NCBI GenBank assembly: GCA_963818475.1
Contig: CAWFSF010000002.1
Span: forward strand, 256,001 to 320,000
Direction: 5' to 3'
Source of the DNA: Nitrospirota bacterium
Lineage (GTDB): Bacteria > Nitrospirota > UBA9217
Length of the DNA stretch: 64,000 nucleotides
Made by a program: the position numbers and the translations under genes
Notes under the pieces: model-generated
The model's database searches: none
What the model was told of the DNA's origin: nothing
What the model saw: only the letters and a program-made list of their open reading frames with translations
In this document: in pieces, positions 22,974 to 33,704 of the stretch
Numbering within the stretch: the stretch's first letter is position 1
Layout of the letters: each line of letters starts with the position of its first letter

Positions 22974-24212
22974 ATGAAAAAATGGCTGGCCATAATGACG
23001 GCAGCCGGCTTGCTCCTGTATCCTTTCGCGGCCATTGCAGCAGACTACGGGTCGCAGCCCTCGCAAGAACAACAGGTCCCTCCTGTAGCCCAGACGCTGG
23101 TACGCGAAGGCGATTTCGCTATCAAGCTGGCGGCTGAACTCGATCTGGGCAAACCATCCGATGAAGCAACTGCAGAAGATATGCTGACGGCTGCGGGCGT
23201 GGTCCCCGCGAACGGATGGCTCTCGGACTACCCGATGACCCCCGAGATCATCGGCCAACTGAAAGATGCGGTATCCAAAGCAGCTGCAGAAGGCAAGCTG
23301 AAGATGAGCACTGATGAAGCGGTCAAGGGCCTTTATTACCTCACCGCGCAGATGAACCTTCCTACACCGGCCGGATCGGAAAGTCAGTCACAGGAGGGGA
23401 CTTCCGCGGCGCCTCCCGCGGTCGTGAACAACTACTACTACGATCAGGGACCTCCGGTCATAACCTATTACCCGCCGCCCTACGATTACTGGTATCTGTA
23501 CAACTGGGTGCCCTATCCGGTCTTCTGGTTCGGCTTCTGGTTCCCGGGATACTATATCTGCCATAATTTCACCACCGTGGTAGTGAGCCCGGTTTTCTTT
23601 GACCGGAGGGTGGTCACGAACCATGTGATAGACCCGGTGACCCGAAGAGTCGCGATCGTCGATCCCGTCGCGCGGACGAGCAACGGCGTCAGACCAACGA
23701 CCGTTCTTCGAACAGCCGACGGAAGGACATTCGGCAGCCTTTCCGAGATGAGAAGGTCGACGGGCAGCCTGGTTACGAAGCGTCCGGAATCACGGACCAT
23801 GACCAACAGCGCTTACCGGGGTGGAAGTTTTAGTACACGCGAGTCACAGCAAGGTGCTGAAAGCATCTACCGGAGAAGCATCGACCGGACCCATTCCGCA
23901 CCAGCGGGCAGGTTAAGTTCGCAGGATGGCCGGGTCGGATCATACAGCCCGGCAGGACGGAAGATGGGTGAAGGGCAGCGGTACACAGCGCCCGCTCCGT
24001 CGGGGAGATCGTACCACGGACCGACGACCCTGAGGGAACAACGGCAGGCAGCGCCTCGTATGCCGGAGCGATCATATAATAACTATAACTACGGCGGATC
24101 GTGGCAAGGTGGGGACAGATCGTATTCAGCCCCGCGAGTGCCGTCGAGGACCTTCACTGCTCCGGAGCTACGAGGCATGGGGCAGGAAAGAGGTGTAAGG
24201 CGCGGCTTCTAA
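22974..24212 (+). CDS. Exported hypothetical protein with aromatic/Pro-rich core and Arg/Ser/Gly-rich tail
   Basis: RBS AAGGAG, signal peptide, long ORF followed by a terminator. Confidence 0.75.
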   Translation: MKKWLAIMTAAGLLLYPFAAIAADYGSQPSQEQQVPPVAQTLVREGDFAIKLAAELDLGKPSDEATAEDMLTAAGVVPANGWLSDYPMTPEIIGQLKDAVSKAAAEGKLKMSTDEAVKGLYYLTAQMNLPTPAGSESQSQEGTSAAPPAVVNNYYYDQGPPVITYYPPPYDYWYLYNWVPYPVFWFGFWFPGYYICHNFTTVVVSPVFFDRRVVTNHVIDPVTRRVAIVDPVARTSNGVRPTTVLRTADGRTFGSLSEMRRSTGSLVTKRPESRTMTNSAYRGGSFSTRESQQGAESIYRRSIDRTHSAPAGRLSSQDGRVGSYSPAGRKMGEGQRYTAPAPSGRSYHGPTTLREQRQAAPRMPERSYNNYNYGGSWQGGDRSYSAPRVPSRTFTAPELRGMGQERGVRRGF

Positions 24213-24268
24213 AGCACACACAGCAGGTCAGATGTTTGCGTGTTCTAACGAAAACAAATGAGAAGCTA

Positions 24269-24295
24269 AAGGCGGCTACTTGGCTGCCTTTTTTT
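24269..24295 (+). terminator. Intrinsic terminator
   Basis: AAGGCGGCTACTTGGCTGCCTTTTTT. Confidence 0.8.
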
Positions 24296-24591
24296 ATCAC
24301 CGTCTGATATACAGTCCCCAAGTAATGAAATCAACCTGCTCCGGAAAAGCAACCGGCCTCGCTTGCGAACCCGCACAATATTAAGTTGCATTTCATATCA
24401 TTTATGTGATAATTTATTGCATTTAATCGAGCTGGTCAGCTCCGTCTCGGCACCCATGAGAACATTTCCGGGATTTTTGCGCCCGTCATAATCTGAGCAT
24501 AGCTGATTCTCTCCATCTACACCTTTGCAGTAACCATCTGTCCGAACTGCTGTGATAAAGAAAAACCTTCGCAGGCCGTCTCAAAATAAAC

Positions 24592-26525
24592 TTGCCGCAC
24601 AAATTACCAGAACGGAGAAAATTCTTGAAAACATCTGTGAGGATCAGTATCAGTGCCGCCATTACCTTCTGCCTGACTCTATCCGGCGCGCCTGCGCTCG
24701 CGCAAACAGCCGAGGAAAAAAGTTTCCTCTCGTTGTATTTCAGCGAGGAAGAGCTCGTGGTCCAGTCCGCGACCAGGAGCCCGCAGGCGCTGTCGCGGGT
24801 CGCGGAGAACATGACCGTCGTGACCGCGGCAGAGATCGAGCGCATGAACGCGCATACGCTCGCGGATGTGCTGAACACGGTCCCGGGGGTGGAGGTGGCG
24901 ATGATCGCCGGGCCGGGGTCCGCGTCAAGTATCGGTATCCTTGGATCAACGCCTGCTCACGTAACTGTTATTCTCGATGGGGTGGTGATCAATGATCTTT
25001 GGGGACCGAGGGCGGAAATCGGCAATATCCCGGTGCAGAATATCGAGAAGATCGAGATCGTGAAGGGGCCGGCGTCATCAGCATGGGGTTCGGCGCTCGG
25101 CGGCGTGGTGAATGTCATTACCAAGACCGGCAGGGTAGTGGACCAGGGGGGCGTGCTGTCCGGCTCATACGGCAACGCTACATTCGGCGATTTTCGCGCT
25201 GAGGTGCGCGGCAAAGCAGGACAGGTTCGGCTATTACCTGAACGCTGGGCAGGCTCCAGTCCAGGGATTTTACACCCAGCATCGAGCTCTCGAACAATAC
25301 CAATGCCTACGCAAAGCTGTCCTACGACCTCACGGACAAGACGGACATCAGGTTTTCATTCGCATACATACAAAAGAAAGACGAAATCCCCTACCCCGAT
25401 GAAATCGACGTAAATCCAGGGCAAAATCTTCAATCGACCATTGCGCTTAACACCAGCCTGGCAAACAACATGGACCTGAATATTTCCGCATGGGCACTCA
25501 ACAATTATTTAAACTCCCGCTGGATTATCATCAGCACGGGAGAGTCTTCCGATCACAATGCCGCTCTCACAGGCCACGGCGCAAGCGTGCGGCTGACCTG
25601 GAAGACGGGACAGCAGACCATTGTGGTTGGGGGCGAGGCTGATGAAAAGGAAACTTCCGTTCCTCCTTTCGTGCTGAATGGGGTCATTCGGAAGCAGGCG
25701 ATCTATGTGAATGATACGATCGCTTTTGACAAGCTCACGGTGATCCCCGGGATCAGGTTCGAAGACACGAGCTCGACCGGTGGTTTTACCGCCCCGAGTC
25801 TCGGCATCACATACGCCCTGGGGAATGACACCATCTTCCGGACCTCTGTTGCACGCGGGTTTAACACCCCCGGAGCGGGCGCTTCCCTGGCGAGCGCTTC
25901 ATTTACCGATTCGGGTGGCACCACTACCTGGCTGCCGAACCCCGATTTGAAGATGGAGACTGTCTGGTCCTATCAGGCAGGCATCGAATCCGCGGCAAAG
26001 AAATACTTCTGGCTGAAGCTTTCGCTCTTCAGAAACGATATTAGAAACCTGGCGGTGGCGGTGACGCAAGAAACCGCACCCTTTACATTTACAACGCAGT
26101 ACGTTAACTTCGGCCGCAACCGTCAGGAGGGTGTGGTGCTGGAGACCAAAACCATGCCAATCTACCACACCTCTCTGCACGCGGCAGCCGAGGTCCTTAC
26201 GATAAAAGACTTGTATACCGGAGAAACCATCGCGGGCCAGCCGGTGCAGGTTTATGATGTCGGATTGAGCTACGATGACAAGGAGTCGTTCAATGCCGTG
26301 CTTCAGGGAAGACATATCAACTGGAACTTAAAAGATCCAAGCATTCAGACGCGCAAGACCATGATTGTGGACCTTACCGTGAACAAGAGGGTCCATCAGG
26401 TGAAGGCCACCAGTATTTCGATTTTTGCGAGCGGCCACAATCTGCTGAACACAAAGCAGATCTGGTCGACTTCCTGGCCGAACCCGGAACGCTGGTATGA
26501 GGCTGGGCTGAGGTATGATTTCTGA
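24592..26525 (+). CDS. TonB-dependent outer membrane receptor (frameshifts around 25215-25260)
   Basis: Signal peptide; plug domain (VVQSATR..NMTVVTAAEI..LADVLNTVPGV; IEKIEIVKGPASSAWGSALGGVVNVITK); ends WYEAGLRYDF. Confidence 0.93.
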
Positions 26526-26574
26526 TCGAGGCGGCAGCTTTGCCGCTATCTTGTTTTTCTGGGGGGTGACGAAC

Positions 26575-26673
26575 ATGCTGAAACGCATCACTGTTGTAAA
26601 AAGGGGCGTCGGGAAGTTCGGCGGCGCCACAATTGGTTGCTGTATCGCTGGATCAGGACAGAATAAAAAATAG
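26575..26673 (+). CDS. Putative RiPP precursor peptide, 32 aa, geopeptide-like
   Basis: RBS GGGGGTGA; MLKRITVVKRGVGKFGGATIGCCIAGSGQNKK*; lies directly upstream of a radical SAM/SPASM gene; below the ORF-track size cutoff. Confidence 0.85.
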   Translation: MLKRITVVKRGVGKFGGATIGCCIAGSGQNKK

Positions 26674-26689
26674 ACGTCCGCTTTGACCT

Positions 26690-26722
26690 GAAGGAGGGTG
26701 AAAACCCTCCTTCCCCTTTTTC
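26690..26722 (+). terminator. Hairpin between precursor and maturase genes
   Basis: GAAGGAGGGTGAAAACCCTCCTTC followed by CCCTTTTT. Confidence 0.7.
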
Positions 26723-26741
26723 AGGGAGCTATTCATAAACC

Positions 26742-28039
26742 ATGCCTTTCTCGACCTACTCCATACAGATCGATCATCCTGATGACCCTGATCAGGTGGT
26801 CCTTTTCTCGACCAGGACAGCTGCAACCGTCAACCTCCATCGCGACGTAATCAAGGACATCGAGGCAGGGCGCCTTTCTTCCGACGAGCGAGAAACACTC
26901 AGCGAACTCGGCATCGTCGTCCCGGATCTGAAGGACGAACGCGAGGAGATGCGTTCATACGTTGACGATATGAATGCTGCGAGCAAAACGCTTACGGTTA
27001 CCCTGGTCATGAGCCTGGACTGTAATCTTGCGTGCCCCTACTGTTTCGAAGGGACGCGCAAAGGGAAATATTATCTGTCTGAAGAAACTGCTAATGATTT
27101 TCTTCGCTTCATCGGCAACAGGCTTACGGAACTGGATGAACTTAATATCAGATTTTATGGCGGCGAACCTCTTCTGAGCTTCGACATGATCTACCGCATC
27201 GCCCGGGAGCTGTCAAAGTCCGCGTGCGAAGCACAAGGTAACATTCAGCTTCGGTTTCGTCACAAACGGAACGCTCTTGACTCGACCTGTTGTGGAGAAA
27301 CTTAAACCTCTCGGACTGAAGTCCGCATATGTCACTCTCGACGGACCACGGGAGATGCACGACATGTCGCGGCCCTTCAAAAACGGCAGCGGGTCGTTCA
27401 ATACGATCATCGGCAATCTCCGGAACGTCTCCGACCTGATCGAGCTCCATCTCGGCGGGAATTATTTGCAGGCGAATTACCGGGAGTTCCCGCGCATGCT
27501 CGACTTCCTGATTGCGCAACGGCTTGGGCCTGACGTGGTCTCCTTAATGAGCTTCAGCCCCATCATGAATGAGGATGCGAAGTTCTGCCCCGATTATCAC
27601 GACGGCTGCTCGAATGAAAACGAACCCTGGGTCGCGGAGGCCGGGCTTTACCTCAGGCGGGAAATACTTGCCCGCGGCTATCGCACCGATGAAGTGCTGC
27701 CAACAGTCTGCATGCTTGAACGTCACGATCATCTGGTCGTCAACTGGGACGGCGTGCCTGTACAAATGCCCGGGCTTGATCGGGCGAAAGGAATATGGCG
27801 CCGGCACGCTAAAATCGGGTTTGCTTGACTACACCGCGACTCACGACCTCGGAAACTGGAAGAACGAGGAATGTCTTAGCTGCAAGTATCTTCCGCTCTG
27901 CTTCGGCGGATGCAGACAAACGAAATTGATCTGCGAGGGCACGATGAAAGGCATTGAGTGCAAAAAAGAATTTTTCGACAAGACGCTTGAAGCGCTTGTG
28001 CTGCAGGACATAGAATACAGCAAGGCACCCGAAAGTTAA
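26742..28039 (+). CDS. Radical SAM/SPASM peptide maturase, geopeptide-maturase-like (frameshifts near 27225 and 27755)
   Basis: N-terminal RRE-like region, CNLACPYC, FYGGEPLL, TLDG..HD..R, SPASM motifs (C..KCPG..ECLSCKYLPLCFGGC..C). Confidence 0.9.
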
Positions 28040-28101
28040 TCGTATTTTCGACTGGTGGATTCTACCACTTTTTGGTATGATACCTCTGTGGTTATTCCCT
28101 C

Positions 28102-29023
28102 ATGAATATCGTTTCCCGGAACACGCTTCAACCTTCCCCTGAAAACGCTGCTTATCGCAGCCCCGCTCGTGGTGCGTCTGTTCGCTGCCCCGCTCCCAGC
28201 CCTTGCCTCTGACGTTCTTATTATAAAAGACGCCGACATAAAACTCTACCAGGAGGCCATCCAGGGGTTCCAAAAAACGTGCGACTGCAGCGTGCGCGAA
28301 ATGGATCTTTCGGACCTGGATGCGATCGAGACGGCTCTCAAAGCGAAGCCGGACGCTGTTGTTGCTTTGGGTACGCAGGCGCTCAGAAGAACCAGGACGA
28401 TCAGGAATGTTCCGCTGATCTATGCCATGGTGATGCCCTCCGAGGCCGCCGAAGCCACCGGAGGGAATGTGTCCGGCGTAAGCATGGACATTGCTCCGGC
28501 AGAATACCTCGCCGCCATGGCAGGCCTGTTCCCCGACGCAAAAAGGATCGGAGTACTCTTTAACCCGGACCAGACCGGTCCGTACGTCAAGGATGCTTCG
28601 CTTGCTGCGCGTAAAAATGATATCTCGCTGATCCTGAAGCCGGTCAGCAATGCGCGCAAGGCGCCTGCGCTTCTCAATGAACTGCGGGGAAAGATAGACG
28701 TCTTGTGGATGCTGCCGGACACGACGATCTTGAATTCCGAAATGGTCGATGCCATACTGCTGTTTTCCTTCCAGCATAACGTTCCGGTATTTTCCTTTTC
28801 AAAAAAATATGTGCAAATGGGCGCTGTGGCTGCACTAACCATCGACGCCCGGACTATAGGCAAACAGGCAGGTGAACTGGCCCGGAGCCTGCTCCAGAAT
28901 GGCAACGGTCCCCTGCGGGCCTATGCCACGAACCCCCGTCTGATCGTAAACACGAAAGTCGGCGCAAAATTAGGAGTACGGATCAATGGCGAACTTTTCC
29001 AAAATGCTGAAAAAGTGGAGTAA
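28102..29023 (+). CDS. ABC-type periplasmic substrate-binding protein, sensor-associated (probable 5' frameshift)
   Basis: KPDAVVALGTQA, GVSMDIAP, KRIGVLFNP, LWMLPDTT, KYVQMGAVAAL, IGKQAGELA. Confidence 0.85.
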
Positions 29024-29027
29024 CGGC

Positions 29028-30407
29028 ATGCATGTTTTCGGCAGAAACAGCCTGGGTTTCAGGCTGATCAGCGTATTCATTGCCATTATCGTGATCGTGA
29101 TCTTGTCGATTTCGGTTTTCTCCATCGCCCGATGGAGGAACAACGCGCTTGCGACGCTCAGAAGCAAGGGCGCGACCATGACCAGGCTCCTTTCTGTGAG
29201 CGCGCGGATCGGCATTTTTTCCGAGAACGTAGACCAGCTCAAAGAAGCTGCGGACAGCTATATCGCAGTACGGGATGTTCTTTTTATCGGCATCTACAAT
29301 GCCGACAGGAAGCCGCTGTACCTCTCCGATCCGGCTTTTCCCGGCAGCGACACCATTTCGGAAAGCGGAGCAAAACCTCGAAGGGAGCCGGCTGCGCAAA
29401 CTGAAGGCCTGACACAGGAATTCTCAAGGCCGGTAACGCTCACCCTGTTTTCGAATGAAGCAGCGTCGCTCTACCTCGGCGACGGCGATACGGGTTCGAA
29501 AGAGCAGGTGATAGGATACGTTAAGCTCGTGCTGGGCCAGGAATCCTTGCGCCATGAGATCAATAGGATCCTGGTGCAAAATGCGATCATCGCCCTTCTC
29601 TTCATCTGCCTGAGCATCGTGATCGTGTCCCTCTGGGTGAAGAAGATCACGAAACCTCTTGAAACGCTGACACGGGAAGTCAAGGCCCTGGGCAAGGGAA
29701 GCGATGTCCCGTACGTGCCGGTCCAGAGCATGGATGAGGTCGGCAGGCTCGCAACCGAGTTCAACTCCATGCTCGATGAACGAAAGATCGCGGAACAAAC
29801 TCGCAAAAATATCCTGAGAGACCTGCATGACGGCGTCGGCGGCATGATGACGAACATCGTCATCCTCTCGGAGATCAACCGGGCCAAGCCGCTGCCCGAG
29901 GAGATCGCCAAAGCATTCGCCACGATTTCCGCGCTGTCACGCGACGGTATTGCCGAGATCAGGAGCCTGATCTATAGTCTCGACCGGAACGATCTGAACT
30001 GGCCCTCGCTTATCGCGGAGATGAGAAGCCTGGGCTATAAGATGACTGAACCCCATGCGATCGTTTTCGAAATGACCTCGAAGGTGGAAGAAGGTGTCGC
30101 CGAGCCGGGAAGTTTACTTTGTATGCACCTTTTCAAGATCTATCGCGAGTCGCTCACCAACGCCATCAAACATGCTCAAGCAGCGAAGATCCGCGTGGAA
30201 ATGTCCGTCAGGAATGAGCGGATCCTGCTCGCTGTCCGTGACGACGGGCGGGGCTGCAATACCGCAGAACTGTCCGCTGAAGGCAGGGGCTTCGCCAATA
30301 TGAGATCGCGCGCTGCTGAGATCGGCGGTACCGTGACGATTAACGGCGGCAACGGCACCTGTGTTTCCGTCGACATACCGCTTCCGATAACGTCCGGGCC
30401 GCACTAG
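29028..30407 (+). CDS. HAMP-domain sensor histidine kinase (HisKA_3 type)
   Basis: Two transmembrane segments, HAMP (KPLETL..DEVGRLATEFN), RDLHDGVG, ESLTNAIKHA, DDGRG, GRGFANMRSRA. Confidence 0.92.
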   Translation: MHVFGRNSLGFRLISVFIAIIVIVILSISVFSIARWRNNALATLRSKGATMTRLLSVSARIGIFSENVDQLKEAADSYIAVRDVLFIGIYNADRKPLYLSDPAFPGSDTISESGAKPRREPAAQTEGLTQEFSRPVTLTLFSNEAASLYLGDGDTGSKEQVIGYVKLVLGQESLRHEINRILVQNAIIALLFICLSIVIVSLWVKKITKPLETLTREVKALGKGSDVPYVPVQSMDEVGRLATEFNSMLDERKIAEQTRKNILRDLHDGVGGMMTNIVILSEINRAKPLPEEIAKAFATISALSRDGIAEIRSLIYSLDRNDLNWPSLIAEMRSLGYKMTEPHAIVFEMTSKVEEGVAEPGSLLCMHLFKIYRESLTNAIKHAQAAKIRVEMSVRNERILLAVRDDGRGCNTAELSAEGRGFANMRSRAAEIGGTVTINGGNGTCVSVDIPLPITSGPH

Positions 30408-30511
30408 CCGGCGTGCGCTAACCAGCGGGTCCTGAACGACGCTCATAAACCGCGCCATGACCCTGGGCAAACAAGGATCATCGGGAATGGGAGATTTCAA
30501 ATACTGAGTTC

Positions 30512-32359
30512 CTAGTTATTTTTTTCCTTCAGCTCCAGAAACCGCTTCAGCTCTCCCTTCAATTTCCGGGGAACTGTTATCGGCTTCGAGCACCGCTTGC
30601 CGGCGCAGAGATACGCTGCTTCCCTCTTCGGATATCCCAGCTTTTTTATCAGATCACCATCTTTTGCGATCGAAAGCACTCTGACAGATTTTTTCGGCAC
30701 GTAAACGCCTCTGATCGCTGCAAGGTATGCTCTTGCTGTTTTTCCTTTCGCGATGACCGCTATCTCGACCGGGTCCTCCACTGCCCACAGGAGCGCGTTG
30801 CCATAGGCAGCGGCATTCGGCGTAAAGTCCTGAGCGGTCCCGCGTAAAACAGCAAGCGCCTCATCGCGGATCTTTTTTTGTTCCTGAATCTCCTCAACAA
30901 AGAGCATCCTTCCGAGAAACCGGAGAGCCCGATAGTTGGCAAGATCATCGTTCACCTTTGACAAAACACCGGGAGCGATCGGCGCGGCGATCGGTGCAGC
31001 AAGCGACTGCCGGAATCGCTTCGCATTTGCATCATAGAACCTGCTCAGGATAAGCACGTTGATCTCTTTAGCCGCCTGCAAGTAGCGCCTCTCGCCTGTT
31101 GCGCCATACAGGTCGAGCAGGGCCGATCCGGCGAGCGCGTTGTCGGACAAAAGACCGTCAAGGTGGCCCGTTCCGTTGCGGGCGAAATGATAAACTCCCG
31201 CGTCTTTGCCAAACAGCTTTTCCAGCAGATAGTCTGCGCCCTTCCTTGCCATGTCAAGATATTGTTGCTCGCCAACGGCACCATGCGCCGCGACCAGTGC
31301 GCTGATCATGAGCGACGACGAATCGGCATACACCGTCCTGTCGACAGCAGGCTTCTCCATTCCCTTCCGCTTCCGGCTCTGGTAGTACGCTTCGTCGGCA
31401 TCCTGGCTGCCGAAGAACGCACCGCTTGCCGCGTCATAGAGGTTCAGCCGGACGTACCGGATGCACTTCCGGGCGATCTTCTTATATTCGCTGCTTTCGA
31501 AGACCAGGGAGGCTTCCGCATAGTTCCTGATCATGCCGGCATTCACCTCGAGCATCTTTTCATAGTGCGGTTCCGACCAGTCCGGTATCGTGGCATAGCG
31601 AAAGAACCCGCCTTCGACATGGTCAAAGAGCCCGCCCTGTGCCATATGATCGAGGGTCGTGGTCACGATCCGTTTGACCAAGGGGTTCTTTCGCTCCGCA
31701 TATCGCGCAAGAAGAAGATCGATAGACTCCGGACTGGGGAACTTCTGGCCTGTGCCAAAACCGCCATGCTTTTCATCAAAAGCATCTGCAACAACCATGA
31801 CGATCGCCCGCAGGTCTTCTTCGCCGGGTGCGCTTGCGGCCTCTGCCGCGGGAAGCTCGTGCTGCGCCATGGCAGTCCTTGTTTCCTCGATCCAGCCCGT
31901 GATAGTGCCGCGGTCATTTTCGAAGATGTCGGAGAGCCGCTTCAATCTCCCGAGCATGTCGTCCGGTGTGATATAGGTGCCTCCGGTGAGGACCTCACCC
32001 TGCGGCGTCATGATCACCGTGCTGGGCCAGCCTCCCTGGTTGTACAGGGCATCGATGTCGGGCCGCATGTCCGAGTCGACCCTGATGGGAATGAAATGCT
32101 CGTTGATGAACGCGATGATCTCCTCGTTCGAATAGGTGGTCTCGTCCATGACATGGCACCAGTGGCACCAGATTGCACTGAGCGAAAGCAGGACCATGCG
32201 ATCCTGCTTCTTTGCCTCGTCCAGCGCGTCCTGTCCCCAGGCCCGCCAATGGATCAGGTGCGCCTTGTTCGGATTGGGCGAAAAGCGGAGATCCGACGCA
32301 GAAAGGGGAAGCGGCGTCAGGAGAACGCAGCAGCAGACGAGAAGGAGAAGGCGTTTCAT
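30512..32359 (-). CDS. YyaL/DUF255 thioredoxin-domain protein with alpha/alpha-barrel, signal-peptide-like N-terminus
   Basis: WCHWCHVMD, RPDID..Y..GGWP, GGFG..KFP, GGFFRYA, PHYEKML, SQDADE. Confidence 0.9.
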   Translation of the reverse strand: MKRLLLLVCCCVLLTPLPLSASDLRFSPNPNKAHLIHWRAWGQDALDEAKKQDRMVLLSLSAIWCHWCHVMDETTYSNEEIIAFINEHFIPIRVDSDMRPDIDALYNQGGWPSTVIMTPQGEVLTGGTYITPDDMLGRLKRLSDIFENDRGTITGWIEETRTAMAQHELPAAEAASAPGEEDLRAIVMVVADAFDEKHGGFGTGQKFPSPESIDLLLARYAERKNPLVKRIVTTTLDHMAQGGLFDHVEGGFFRYATIPDWSEPHYEKMLEVNAGMIRNYAEASLVFESSEYKKIARKCIRYVRLNLYDAASGAFFGSQDADEAYYQSRKRKGMEKPAVDRTVYADSSSLMISALVAAHGAVGEQQYLDMARKGADYLLEKLFGKDAGVYHFARNGTGHLDGLLSDNALAGSALLDLYGATGERRYLQAAKEINVLILSRFYDANAKRFRQSLAAPIAAPIAPGVLSKVNDDLANYRALRFLGRMLFVEEIQEQKKIRDEALAVLRGTAQDFTPNAAAYGNALLWAVEDPVEIAVIAKGKTARAYLAAIRGVYVPKKSVRVLSIAKDGDLIKKLGYPKREAAYLCAGKRCSKPITVPRKLKGELKRFLELKEKNN

Positions 32360-32466
32360 AGGCCAATAATACATCATTTTTATAAAGAAAAGAACAGCGT
32401 TCATGCATTTGGCTTCGCAATTTTCCCTTGTACATCGTTGCCGATTCTTGTATATTCCTCACTATT

Positions 32467-33559
32467 ATGAACACCCTCCCGCGCAGGAACAAGGATATAA
32501 TCAGGCTCGTCAAACCGCAAATACGCAAGCTCGCAGCCTATCACATCGATGAAACGCCCTGCCGCATCAAGCTCGACGCCATGGAGAACCCCTTCTCGTT
32601 GCCGGCTGCGGTGCAGCGCGAACTGTCGAAAGCCGTAAGCAGCGCATCGATCAACCGCTACCCCGATCCCTCGGCCAAAGAGCTGAAAAAGGCGATCGCC
32701 GGCCTCTGGGGCATGAAGCCCGCGAACATGATCCTCGGCAACGGTTCCGACGAACTGATCCAGGCGATCCTGCTCGCCTTCGGCGGGCCCACGCTCATCC
32801 CGGTGCCGACCTTTGCCATGTACGACATCACGTCGCGCGCGCTGTCGCAAAGGGTCGTGACCGTGCCGCTTGGACAAGAACTTCGATCTCGATGCGGACC
32901 TGCTGCTCAGAAAGGCAAAAGAGAGCAAAGCAAAGGTCATCTTCCTTGCCTGCCCGAACAATCCCACGGGAAACCGGTTCTCGGACAAGGCCGTGCGTAA
33001 AATACTGGACAGGGCCGATGCAGCCGTGGTCATCGACGAAGCCTACTTCAGCTTCTCCGGCAAGAGCTACTGAACGCCTTTTGGAGAAATACCCGAACAT
33101 GATCGTGCTGCGCACGCTGTCGAAGATCGGCTTTGCCGGCCTCCGCATCGGCGTGCTTGCCGCGTCGCCGGCGATCGTCGCGGAGCTGAACAAGATCCGG
33201 CTGCCTTACAACATCAACACCCTGTCCCAGGTCGGCCGCTGTTGCCGCGCTGAAGCACCGGGACATCATCGACCGCCAGATTTCCCTGTTGATTTCAGAG
33301 CGGGAAAACCTATATAATGCGCTTGGCGCAGATGACGGGCGTCACAGCCTATCCGTCCGAAACAAACTTCATCCTGTTCAGGACCGCCACCGACGCGACA
33401 GCGGTCTATGGGAAGCTGAAGAAGGCCGGCATCCTGATCAAGAATCTGAACAAGCCGGGGCCGCTCAGGAACTGTTTGCGCGTGACCATCGGGACACCGG
33501 AAGAGAACCGGGAATTCCTGAAAACGTTAAAAAGAATATTGGACACTGACACACCCTGA
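32467..33559 (+). CDS. hisC: Histidinol-phosphate aminotransferase (about four frameshifts)
   Basis: [55 protein letters not shown]. Confidence 0.94.
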
Positions 33560-33577
33560 GAACAAAACAGTTATCCT

Positions 33578-33668
33578 GCCACGAAGACACTAAGACTCGA
33601 AGAACATTTAGTCGGTGATCAGACCTTACAATCAATAAGTATTTCTCCGTGCCTCAGTGCCTCGTGGC
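33578..33668. repeat. Inverted pair of 8-9-mer arrays
   Basis: GCCACGAAGACACTAAGACTCGAAG ... CTCCGTGCCTCAGTGCCTCGTGGC. Confidence 0.8.
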
Positions 33669-33704
33669 AAAAAGATTTGCGCATCCGGTGTTAGGGAGAA
33701 CGGC

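Noticed and set aside
24330-24590. Cobalamin riboswitch upstream of the TonB receptor
   Set aside because: No recognisable B12-box or GGGAA/GCCACTG core elements seen.
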